Origin: Chiloscyllium plagiosum
Taxonomy: Eukaryota
Assembly: GCF_004010195.1 (NCBI RefSeq)
Contig: NC_057719.1
Span: 1,169,945 to 1,192,781, forward strand
DNA: 22,837 nucleotides
Direction: 5' to 3'
In this document: positions 10,292 through 19,858 of the stretch, piece after piece
How the letters are laid out: every line of letters starts with the position of its first letter
Position numbering within the stretch: the stretch's first letter is position 1
The notes under the pieces: model-generated
The model's database searches: none
Seen by the model: only the letters and a program-made list of their open reading frames with translations
Told to the model about the DNA's origin: nothing
Translations under genes and position numbers: made by a program

Positions 10292-10983
10292 TGGGTGACT
10301 TTATCAGTCAATGAAACTTGCCAAACTCCTGGCATGGAATTGGATAGGAATCTGTTTTTGTTACTGGGTTGACATTACAATAATTAACACAGCATCTTGT
10401 GACCTGTCTGGTTTTGTCACCATCACAGATGGGTGATCTCCAGATACGAAGACCCATTGCAATAATGTAATTTTCATCAATTTAACTTAATCTCGTCTCT
10501 CACTTGAATAACTACATTGGATTGAATTGGTAAAGATTTATGGATTATGCATCCCTGTATTGACATCATGTATAGTCATAGAGTCATAGACATAGAGATG
10601 TACAGTACGGAAATAGACCCTTCGGTCCAACTTGCCCATAAAGACCAGATATCTCAACCTAATCTAGATCCACTTGCCAGCACCCAACACATATTCCTCC
10701 AAATCCTTCCTATTCATATACCCATCCAGATGCCTTTTAAATGTTGCAATTGTACCAACCTCCTCCACCTCCTCTGGCAGTTCATTCCATACATGCACGA
10801 CCCTCTGCATGAAAAGGTTTCCCCTTGGGTCTCTTTTATATCTTTCCTCTCTCACCCTAAATTATGCCCTCTAGTTCTGGACTCCCCCACCCCGGGGAAA
10901 AGACCTTGTCTATTTACCCTATCCATGCCCCTCATGATTTTTAAACCTCTATAAGGTCACCCCTCAGCTTCCGACGCTCCAAG

Positions 10984-11180
10984 NNNNNNNNNNNNNNNNN
11001 NNNNNNNNNNNNNNNNNNNNNNNNNNNNNNNNNNNNNNNNNNNNNNNNNNNNNNNNNNNNNNNNNNNNNNNNNNNNNNNNNNNNNNNNNNNNNNNNNNNN
11101 NNNNNNNNNNNNNNNNNNNNNNNNNNNNNNNNNNNNNNNNNNNNNNNNNNNNNNNNNNNNNNNNNNNNNNNNNNNNNNNN
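10984..11180. other. Assembly gap (197 N)
   Basis: Run of n. Confidence 1.
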
Positions 11181-11305
11181 TTAGGTAAGGGGTAAATATA
11201 GGGGTATGGGTGGGTTGCGCTTCGGCGGGTCGGTGTGGACTTGTTGGGCCGAAGGGCCTGTTTCCGCACTGTAATGTAATCTAATGTAATCTAATCTAAA
11301 AAAAA
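11181..11305 (+). mobile_element. HE1-like SINE 3' part (young subfamily)
   Basis: Near reverse complement of 21208-21312, with gtaatgtaatctaat tail and CpGs retained. Confidence 0.88.
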
Positions 11306-11989
11306 ACCTCCAATTTTGGTGTCATCTGCAAACTTACTAACTGTACCTCCTATGTTCACATCCAAATCATTAATATAAATGATAAAAAGTAGAGGACCCA
11401 GCACCGATCCTTGTGGCATTCCGCTGGTCACAGGCCTCCAGTCTGAAAACCAACTCTCCACCACTACCCTCTGTCTTCTACCTTTGAGCCAGTTCTGTAT
11501 CCAAATGGCTAGTTCTCCCTGTATTCCATGAGATCTAACCAGTCTCCAATGGGGAACCTTGTTAAACATCTTACCGAAGTCTATTTAGATCATGTCCACC
11601 GTTCTGCCTTCATCCATCCTTTTTGTTACTTCTTCAAAAAATTCAGTCAAGTTCCTGAGACATGATTCCTCATGCACAAAGCCTAGTTGACTATCCCTAA
11701 TCAGACCTTGCCTTTCCAAATATGTGTAAATCCTGTCTCACAGGATTCCCTCCAACAACATGCCCACCACCAACGCCAGGCTCACTGGTCTATAGTTCCC
11801 TGGTTTGTCCTTGCCACCTTTCTTAAATAGTGTTACCACGTCAAAGAGCTTTTCCTGGCTAGTTACAAAAATTGACTAATATGTTTATTATAGCTTTTGC
11901 AAGTCATTTTGATGTTTTTTTCTGGAAGATAACATTATGTTCCATTTAACCTTTTATGCACCTCCCTATTATCCAATCTGATTTCTGGA

Positions 11990-12397
11990 GAAAAATGTCA
12001 AAGAACTGCAGATGCTGGAAATCAGAAACAAAAACATCTCTGTCTCAGGCTTGCTGCAGTTCTCCAGTGAAGCTGGAAGAACAGCATATCATTTCTGCTT
12101 GGACAGTCTGCAGTCTGAGGACTTAATATCCACTTCAATAATTTAAGGTCCTGAGCACCTTCTGCCATGGCCTTATCCCAACCCCCATTAGCAGCTTTTG
12201 ATTCTCCTGGACTGACCTTTACCTTTTCCCAGCTGATTCTCTCTCTCTCTCTCTGTTTCTCTCTCTGTCTCTCTCTCTCTCTCTTTCTCCTAGTCAAAAT
12301 CAGCATTAAAGAAGGATTATTGGACCCGAAACATTAACTGCCTCCTCTCCACAGATGCTACCAGACCTGCACAGATTTTCTAGCAATTTTTGATTGC
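11990..12397 (+). mobile_element. Old Penelope 3' fragment (GIY-YIG C-terminus, (CT)n, decayed hammerhead) with short inverted piece at left
   Basis: GLLQFSSEA/LEEQHII...LNIHFNNLR; (CT)n at 12238-12288; aagaaggattattggacccgaaacattaac at ~12309-12338. Confidence 0.7.
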
Positions 12398-12444
12398 TGA
12401 AAGGTTGACTTTCTGCACATGTTAAGACTACACTAAACAATTCT

Positions 12445-14222
12445 TCATAGAAAATAGCAGGACTAGCCCATTCAATCCACCAAATCCTCTCTGTCATTCA
12501 TTATGATCTTGACTGACTCTGTACCTCCTGCTGACTCCCCAAAACCTCAGACACCTCTAGCTTCTAAAAGTCTATCTAATGCTTTCATTTTCTATTTCAT
12601 TATTTCTTTCCACCCTCTGAGTAAAGAAGTTTCTCCTCATTTCAGTCTGAAATAGCCTACTATGAAACAGCCTCCAGAGACCCTGACTCTTATACTGGAT
12701 CCCCACTCCAGCCAAGAAGAAATTCATCTTTTCATCTAGCCTGTCCAGCCTTATCAGAATTTTATATATAATTATATAGCATAGAAACAGACCCTTCAGT
12801 CCAATCCATTTGCACCAACTAGACATCCCAATGTGACCGAGACCTATTTACCAGCATTTGATTAGGTTAGACTAGACTCCCTACAGTGTGGAAACAGGCC
12901 CTTCGGCCCAACCAATCCACATCGACTCTCCGAAGAGTAACCCACCCAGACCCATTTCCTCTGACTAATGCACCTAACACTATGGGCAATTTCCCATGGC
13001 CAATCCACCTGACCTGCACATCTTTGTGACTGTGGGAGGAAACCGGAGCACCCGGAGGAAACCCACGCAGACACAGGGAGAATGTGCAAACTCCACACAG
13101 ACAGTCACCCGAGGCTGGAATCGAACCTGGGACCTTGGTCCTTGTGAGACAGCAGTGCTAACCACTGAGCCACCGTGCCCATTTCTCTCTTAAACCCCCA
13201 GATGTTTTTAAAATATTTTGAATGTACCAGCCTCCACCACATCCTTTGGCAGCTTGTTCCATACATGCATCACCCTCTGCATGAAAATGTTACCCCTCGG
13301 GCACCTTTTAATTCTCTTCCCATCTCACCTTAAACCTATGCTATCTTGTTTTGGACTCACCGACCTTAGGAAAAGACCTATCCATACCCCTCATGATATT
13401 ACAAACCTCTTTAAAGTCACCCCTCAGTGTGAGATCCTCCGGGGGATCAAACCCAGTTTATTCAGCCTCTCCCTATAACTCAAATCTTCCAGTCCCACCT
13501 ATATTCTTCTGCACCCTCTCAAGTTTAACAACACCCTTCTTGTAGCAGGATGACCAAATCTGAACACAATATTCTAAAAGTGGCGTCACTAACGTCTTTT
13601 ACAGCCATAATATAACTTTCCAACTTCTATACACAGCGCATTGACCAATTAAGGCAAGCATGTCAAACATCTTCACCACCCTGTATATCTGCGATATACA
13701 TAGAGTCATAGAGATGTACAGCATGGAAATAGACCCTTCAGACCAACCCTTCCATGCCGACCAGATATCCCAAACTAATCTCGTCCCACCTGCCAGCACC
13801 CGGCCCATATCACTCCAAACCCTTCTTATTTCTATACCCATCCAAATGCCTCTTAAATGTTGCAATTGTACCAGCCTCCATCACTTTCTCTGGCAGCTCA
13901 TTCCATATCCGTACCACCCTCTGTGTGAAAACATTGCCCCTTAGGTCTCTTTTATATCTTTCCCCTCTCACCCTAAACCTATGCCTTCTAGTTCTGGACT
14001 CCCTGACCCCAGGGAAATTGCACGCAATATTCCAACAGTGGCCTAACCAATGTCCTGTACAGCCGCAACTTGACCTCCCACCCCCTGTACTCAATACTCT
14101 TGACCAATAAAGGAAAGCATACCAAACACCTTCTTCACTATCCTATCTACCTGCGACTCCACTTTCAAGGAGGTATGAACCTGCACTCCAAGGTCTCTTT
14201 GTTCAGCAACACTCCCTAGGTC
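12445..14222 (-). mobile_element. Three stacked CR1 3'-end fragments (~12445-12765, ~12775-13690, ~13697-14222)
   Basis: EMRRNFFTQRV; RGNVFTQRVVRIWNELPEKVMEAGTIATFKRHLDGY; catagagtcatagag tails. Confidence 0.85.
12860..13180 (-). mobile_element. HE1-like SINE, full length, inserted in CR1
   Basis: A box TGGCTCAGTGG and B box GGTTCGATTCC on the minus strand. Confidence 0.92.
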
Positions 14223-14941
14223 CTTTCAATAAGAATTTTTCTAAACTGCAGCAAATACTGACCTAGCTAACACAATATATAAACAATCTCCCATTAACAT
14301 TACTGGTGACATGCAAATCATCTGCTCTTTGTTATCTACTGAATTATGGTTTCAGAAGGTTTCTCTGAATTTGTTTTTGTTTTCTTTAAACGCCTTCACA
14401 AAAGTAACCAATATGCCACAAGTTTGAAGTCCAAACTCTAAAAACTATATGAATAAATAGATAAATTACAAACCTTTCATCATTTATTTCAAATAATAAG
14501 CCACAGGTGTTAGTTTTGACTCAGTTTCTGAGTTTGCTATTTAGTATAATAATTCAGAATCCATATATTGTATTTCTGTTAAAGCTAAGCTACATATTCT
14601 TTTTTTATTTCTCTTTAATTTTCATAAATTATACCAATAACTGAATTTCCAAATCATCACTCTCTTTCATAGACCTCCTCCTCTAATTTCATGAGCCTGA
14701 GAGCTCGTCAGAATACACCATAAAATAATTTAGGATACGTCATATGTAACTTCTCAGTCTATTTTGCTTTTACTGATCATTTCAGAATATTTTACAAACA
14801 GCCAGGTCATTTCCCAAGATCAATTCCCGTTGTTGGATCTTTTTCACTATTCTCATTAGAACATTCTTTAATCCAATTCTATATCATATAATCAGATTGT
14901 AACCTCCATGTAACCTCAAATTAATGTTTTCTCCTTCATTA

Positions 14942-15579
14942 TGTTATGGACTAGACTAGACTCCCTCAAAATATTTTAAGAAAGTAGCCTAGACCCTAAT
15001 TTTTTCTTATTTTAAGGGCAAATGTGGTGATTGTTCCAGATACAATGCGACTGGTCAAACTACTCAAAGTTAAGCAAAAACACAATTTATTTAAACACTG
15101 TTGTTAAAATACAACCAAATAAAGAGGAATTTAAAATAACTCAAATCTACTGGAAACTTAGCAGAATAATAGATACAGTAACTATTACTAATTAACTGTT
15201 GCAATATAATTACATCACATAAACATACCCTTTGACAAAGAAAGGAAAATTCAGACAAAGATTCTCGCATGCAGTTCTCCAATCCAGGAGGAAAAAAACA
15301 TCAAGAGAGAACTCAGAGAGAGTAGCTGCCGAGAGACATTCACTGAAGCTTCCAACTCTGTTGAGACCCCAATAGCTTCTGATGTTACTGAAAAACCAAA
15401 ACCCAGAAATCCTAATCTGTGAGAGCTGGCCACACCCATTCAAGTGGCACAAAAAAATCCCACAGCCTCCCAAACCTTTTACTCAATTGGTCTACAGTAG
15501 CCAGCTTGGCACCTCTGCCTTACAACCTCTCCAAAAAAACCAAGTCAAAATAACCCCTTAAAGCGACAGCATCATCACA
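14942..15579 (-). mobile_element. Solo Gypsy-type LTR (638 bp) with 4-bp TSD
   Basis: Termini TGTTATG...CATCACA; ATTA at 14938-14941 and 15580-15583; AATAAA on minus at 15091-15086; flanks rejoin as the protease region. Confidence 0.88.
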
Positions 15580-15921
15580 ATTAATCCTCCAGAAGACAAA
15601 TTGTATCATCCAGGATTAGTGATTGATTTGTTCCAGTGTGCCTAAATATCTTTGTTGGTTTACCTTCTTCATTTGAAGAATGATGAAATTCTGCTCCCTT
15701 TGAAACAAAATATTCAGATTTTCCAGTGATTTTATTCTCTTTTCAATACTCAAGGAAAGGTATTCTTGACTGCCTTGAGTTATCTCTCCCTTTTTATAGC
15801 CTCTAAGGAAACATTCCCTTTGTATTACCGGCTACGGTTTTAATGTCTGTTTCCTTACTGATGCACCCTTTTCTGAGAATTCCATTGGCTTTCCTACTGT
15901 TGAAAGTAATCTGCCACTCTC

Positions 15922-16051
15922 CCACAACCACCTGATGAAGGAGCGGTGCTCTGAAAGCTAGTGTTTCCAATTAGACCTGTTGGACTATAACCTGGTGTTG
16001 TGTGATTTTTAACTTTGTACACCCCAGTCCTACACCGGCATCTCCAAATCA
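15922..16051 (+). mobile_element. 130-bp Penelope-type terminal fragment with hammerhead, 10-bp TSD
   Basis: TSD tgccactctc (15912-15921) / tgccattctc (16052-16061). Confidence 0.8.
15929..15963 (+). ncRNA. Minimal type I hammerhead ribozyme motif
   Basis: Stem I CAC/GTG; core CTGATGA plus extra A; stem II GGAGC-GGT-GCTCT; GAAA; palindromic stem III AGCT; predicted cleavage after CUA (15960). Confidence 0.75.
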
Positions 16052-16117
16052 TGCCATTCTCATAATACATTGGGATAGTGTGCTGGAAATCAAACCCCAC
16101 AAATACGGAAAGAACTT

Positions 16118-16967
16118 CAAAGTTTGTGAGAAGATTTGTAGCTCGGGTGCTCGTTGTTGTGGTTCTGTTCGCCGAGCTGGGAATTTGTGTTGCAGATGTT
16201 TCATCCCCCGTCTAGGTGACATCCTCAGTGCTTGGAGCCTCCTGTGAACCGCTTCTGTGATGTTTCCTCCGGCATTTATAGTGGTTTGTCTCTGCCGCTT
16301 CCTGTTGTCAGTTCCAGCTGTCCACCACTGCAGTGGCCAGTATATTGGGTCCAGGTCGATGTGTTTGTTGATAGAAACTGTGGATGAGTGCCATGCCTCT
16401 AGGAATTCCCTGGCTGTTCTCTGTTTGGCTTGTCCTACAAAAGTAGTGTTGTCCCAATCGAACTCATGTTGCTATTTGTCTTATGTAGTGTTTTGTGCAG
16501 CCCTTGCATGGGATTTTGTACACTACGTTGCACAAAACACTACATAGGACAAACAGGAAGACAGCTAACGATCCGTATCCATGAACACCAACTAGCCACG
16601 AAATGACACGACCAGCTATCCTTAGTAGCCACACACGTAGATGACAAGCAACATGAGTTCGATTGGGACAACACTACTTTTGTAGGACAAGCCAAACAGA
16701 GAACAGCCAGGGAATTCCTAGAGGCATGGCACTCATCCACAGTTTCTATCAACAAACACATCGACCTGGACCCAATATACCGGCCACTGCAGTGGTGGAC
16801 AGCTGGAACTGACAACCGGAAGCGGCAGAGACAAACCACTATAAATGCCGGAGGAAAGATCACAGAAGCGCTTCACAGGAGGCTCCCAAGCACTGAGGAT
16901 GTCACCTAGACAGGGGACGAAATGTCTGCAACACAAATTCCCAGCTCGACAAACAGAACCACAACAT
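16118..16967. mobile_element. Penelope-like element as inverted duplication (GIY-YIG + terminal repeat in both arms), 11-bp TSD
   Basis: NVVYKIPCKGCTKHYI on minus; CTKHYIGQTGRQLTIRIHEHQ...AREFLEAWHS on plus; arms ~16153-16473 and ~16647-16966; TSD GGAAAGAACTT at 16107-16117 and 16968-16978. Confidence 0.92.
16890..16929 (+). ncRNA. Hammerhead motif in Penelope terminal repeat (mirror copy at 16192-16231, minus)
   Basis: GCA-CTGAGGA-T-GTCACC-tagaca-GGGGAC-GAAA-TGTC-TGC. The mirror copy reads GAAACATC, so the inferred ancestor is GAAACGTC. Confidence 0.7.
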
Positions 16968-17036
16968 GGAAAGAACTTGCCAAACCTTCCAATTCATCAA
17001 TTTTCCTGACTGATGAACTCAGGTTAAAAGAAAACA

Positions 17037-17333
17037 CCTGGGTTCAATCTCAACCTCAAGCAACTGTCTGTGTGGAGTTTGCACATTCTCCACATCTGCA
17101 TGGGTTTCCTCTGGGTATTCTGGTTTCATCCCACAATCCAAAGATGTGTAGGTCAGATGAATTGGCCATGCTAAATTGCCTGTAGTGTTCAGGGATGTGC
17201 AGGTTAGGCGCATTAGTCAGGGGATATGTAGAGTAATAGGATAGGGGAATGGGTCTGGGTGGATTACTCTTTGGAAGGTTGGTATGGACTTGTTGGGCCA
17301 AATGGCCTGTTTCTGCGATGTCAAGATTCTATG
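17037..17333 (+). mobile_element. HE1-like SINE lacking the A box
   Basis: Starts at B box gggttcaatc; core and tail as in the other copies. Confidence 0.88.
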
Positions 17334-17360
17334 TACGTAATAACTTTGTTGTGGAGAAAT

Positions 17361-17600
17361 TTTAGATTTAGGATTAGGTTTTATTGTCATGTGTACTCAA
17401 GTACGGGGTACAAGAGTACAATAAAGGTGTACAATGTTGCCACACATGGTGCCATCTTAGATACAAAAGACCTAGGCACAAAGTTTCAGTTACAGAAATA
17501 GAGAAATAAAGATATTGTTTAAAAGTTCAGCATTATAGTCTTCTGAGTATAAAATTGGAAAAATAAAGAAATAAAGTTAAACATTTCTGTCCTTTCTTAT
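17361..17600 (-). mobile_element. LINE-type 3' tail fragment related to 8946-9060
   Basis: ttattgtcatgtgtactcaa...tacaaaagac shared with ~8964-9042. Confidence 0.5.
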
Positions 17601-17669
17601 GAAGTTCTTTAGTTATGAAGTTAGGAAATATGAATTGCTAGTTTATAACTCTATAACTTTAACTCACTT

Positions 17670-18400
17670 CCCAGGGCTATTCTCACACTTGGTCTAATGC
17701 CGCCTTACCTGCTGATCCTAGAGGTACTTGCACTGGATTTATTACATCTGATACTGAGGATTACATTCAGACTGATCTCATTGCTACCTTTCAAGGAGGT
17801 TACTCTCTCACTGGGTTTGTTATTCATTGCTAGGGGCTCACTCTCATGCTACGTTAATATTCTGTGCTCTTGGTTGTAACCCTCACATTAGTTTATTACT
17901 CATCAGGGGTTACTCTCACTCTGGGTTTATTACTTGCCCTGAAGGTCATTCTCATGCTGGGTTTTTACTCCCCATTTCTGAGGCGGTACTCTCAAATTCA
18001 CACCAGGTTTCTTAGTCCTCACAGGGTTTACTTTCACAACCCCTTCATTATTTCCCACCCCCAGGGGTTAATGACACTGGGTAAATTACTGCCCTTGCCA
18101 CTCTCAGAGAGTATTTTCACGCTGGGTTTATTACTCTCTGCTCCCAGGGATTGTTCTCCAGCGGGTTACTCACATTACTCCCCTCCCAGGGGATTATCCT
18201 CATATTGAGCTAATTATTTTCGTCCCAAGAGTTAGTGGGGCTTTCCCTCTCCCCTCCCACCGGGGGTTACGTAGTTCATGACTCCCTGCTCCTGAGAGTT
18301 GTTCTCACACTGGGTTTATTACTGGTCCCCCACCCCAGGGGGTGTCACTGTCTCCCGAGGAGGGAGGGAGTGTGTATGTGTGTGTGGTGGGGGGTTACTT
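17670..18400. repeat. Degenerate minisatellite, ~30-40 bp unit, consensus ggggttactctcacactgggtttattact + C-rich linker
   Basis: Roughly 18-20 diverged units, e.g. caggggttactctcactctgggtttattact (~17904) and gagagttgttctcacactgggtttattact (~18294). Confidence 0.8.
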
Positions 18401-18434
18401 GCTGTACTCTGCTCCGGGAATGTATCTTGTTGCG

Positions 18435-18458
18435 GTTGCTAGGAGACTGCTGTAAACA
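18435..18458 (+). promoter_or_regulatory. RFX X-box (GTTGCTAGGAGAC, 18435-18447) plus forkhead site (TGTAAACA, 18451-18458)
   Basis: Motif matches within a non-repeat GC/CpG-rich patch, 30-55 nt upstream of a Kozak ATG. Confidence 0.6.
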
Positions 18459-18489
18459 GACTGTGTGGAGGAGGGGCGCTGCAAGCGGC

Positions 18490-18516
18490 ATGGCCGGATA
18501 CCTCAACCTGGAGCAG
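18490..18516 (+). CDS. Candidate first coding exon MAGYLNLEQ (possibly PPP1R36)
   Basis: ggcATGG Kozak context; CAG|GTGAGA donor (phase 0); promoter motifs upstream; same strand as and downstream of HSPA2. Confidence 0.5.
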
Positions 18517-18705
18517 GTGAGAGCGGGGCAAGGCAGCGAGGGAACCCCCCCAGGAAAGGGCAGGGCGAGCGGGGAACGGGCCTGGGTTTGGGGGGGAGTG
18601 GGGAGATATTTGCCCTCCCTTTGTCCCAGTAACACCAAGCGGGCTCTGACCCTCTGATTTTAATGTTAGCGGCTCTTAACCGTCACCATCAGGAACGCGA
18701 TAAAA

Positions 18706-19227
18706 ACAAGGACTGCTGATGCTGGAAACCAGAGTCCAGATTAGAGTGGTGCTGGAAAAGCACAGCAGGTCAGGCAGCATCCGAGGAGCAGGAAAATCGA
18801 CGTTGCGGGCAAAAGCCCTTCATCAGGAATACAGGTAGAGAGCCTGAAGGGTGGAGAGATAAGTGAGAGGAGGGTGGGGGTGGGGAGAAAGTAGCATAGA
18901 GTACAATAGGTGAATGGGGGAAGGGATGACGGTGATAGGTCAGAGAGGAGGATGGAGTGGATAGGTGGAAAAGAAGGTAGGCAGGTAGGACAGGTCATGG
19001 GGACAGTGCTAAGCTGGAAGTTTGGAACTGGGGTGAGGTGGGGGAAGGGGAAATGAGGAAACTGTTGAAGTCCACATTGATGCCCTGGGGTTGAAGTGTT
19101 CCGAGGTGGAAGATGAGGCGTTCTTCCTCCAGGTGTCTGGTGGTGAGGGAGCGGCGGTGAAGGAGGCCCAGGACCTCCGTGTCCTTGGCAGAGTGGGAAG
19201 GGAGTTGAAATGTTGGGCCACAGGGCG
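18706..19227 (-). mobile_element. Penelope-like 3' fragment (GIY-YIG C-terminus + terminal repeat with hammerhead), 14-bp TSD
   Basis: PVAQHFNS / EVLGLLHRRSLTTRHLEEERLIFHLGTLQPQGINVDFNSF; hammerhead at 18830-18795 (CTGATGAAGGGCTTTTGCCCGCAACGTC, GAAA mutated to GCAA); TSD ggaacgcgataaaa (18692-18705) / ggaacgcgctaaaa (19228-19241). Confidence 0.9.
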
Positions 19228-19299
19228 GGAACGCGCTAAAACTAACTTCAAGCATTAACCTTATAGCTAAAGCTGGGCGCTAAGAGGTGATATATTTGG

Positions 19300-19590
19300 G
19301 ATTGGAATTCCAATGCTCTGGGTATGTGCTTTTAAATTCTATTGCACTTGGTGAAATTAAAACAAACACCTGGATCCCCTGAACCGTGTCCCTCCCTCTG
19401 CCAAACCTTATGGTCACCATGAAACTATTAACTTTCTGTGAAACCTCTTTCTTTCACCAATGTCATCTTTATCTCGTCTAACCTAAATGTGACTCCAGAC
19501 CCACAACGGTGGTGTTGACTCTTACCTGCATTCCGAAATGGCTGAGAAAACTACTTAGTTTAAAGGTAGTTCGGGAGAGACAATAATGAA
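19300..19590 (+). mobile_element. Old SINE with LINE-derived tail
   Basis: ggtcaccatgaaacta...gtgactccagacccacaacggtggtgttgactctta...gaaatggc...caataa; decayed. Confidence 0.5.
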
Positions 19591-19624
19591 CCAGGGTAGC
19601 CACTGACCCTGCTCCACATTCAAT

Positions 19625-19846
19625 AAAATCACGGCTGATTTGATTCTAACTTCAACCCTACCTTCCTGCATAGCCTTGATAATATTTATCCCCTCTGTAA
19701 TCAAGAATCTATCTCCCTCTGCCTTAAAAAATATTTAAAGATTTTGCATCCACTGCCTTTCAAGGAAGGGAATTCCAAAAACTCTTAGACAAAAGATGTT
19801 TCCTCAACTCTGTTTTAAATTTTATTATTTAAACTTATTTTTAAAT
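19625..19846 (-). mobile_element. Old CR1 3'-end fragment
   Basis: atcaagaatctatctccctctgccttaaaaaatatt...ggaattccaaa. Confidence 0.55.
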
Positions 19847-19858
19847 GATGATAATAAA

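Larger units (their letters stand above)
10576..11840 (-). mobile_element. CR1 LINE (3' end and RT), interrupted by gap and SINE
   Basis: WNELPEEVEEVGTIATFKRHLDGY and tail at 10576-10983; [21 protein letters not shown]...[11 protein letters not shown] at 11305-11569. Confidence 0.9.
8632..17030 (-). mobile_element. Decayed Gmr1-like Gypsy internal region (gag remnant-PR-INT-RT-RH), fragmented by nested insertions
   Basis: Minus-strand remnants: GKPTKIFRHTGTNQSLIL (protease, IFRHTG at 15649-15632); LILGNDLA (14823-14800); RLFIYCV / GQYLL (integrase, 14289-14248); IRLDNREV...YLPE (~11985-11920); WRSPI-VMVTKPD-CVNYCNVNPVTKTDSYPIP (RT, ~10443-10335); LLGQTLGQGQAAP; FDKLKAVL...NYEKPLK...VDISDTGVSA (~9901-9805); KFPTVKKETLS (RNase H, ~8937-8905). 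The end near 17030 is uncertain. Confidence 0.85.

Noticed and set aside
10964..11269. ORF spanning the N-gap, and the stated gap size
   Set aside because: Artefact of Ns. The flanking CR1 and SINE pieces suggest more than 197 bp is missing, so spacing across the gap is unreliable.
17670..18400. CRISPR-like repeat-spacer appearance
   Set aside because: Vertebrate DNA, highly degenerate repeats, linkers only ~5-12 nt, no cas genes.
18235..18657. 140-aa ORF as a complete gene
   Set aside because: The 5' half is minisatellite; only ATG 18490 to the donor at 18516 has gene-like signals.
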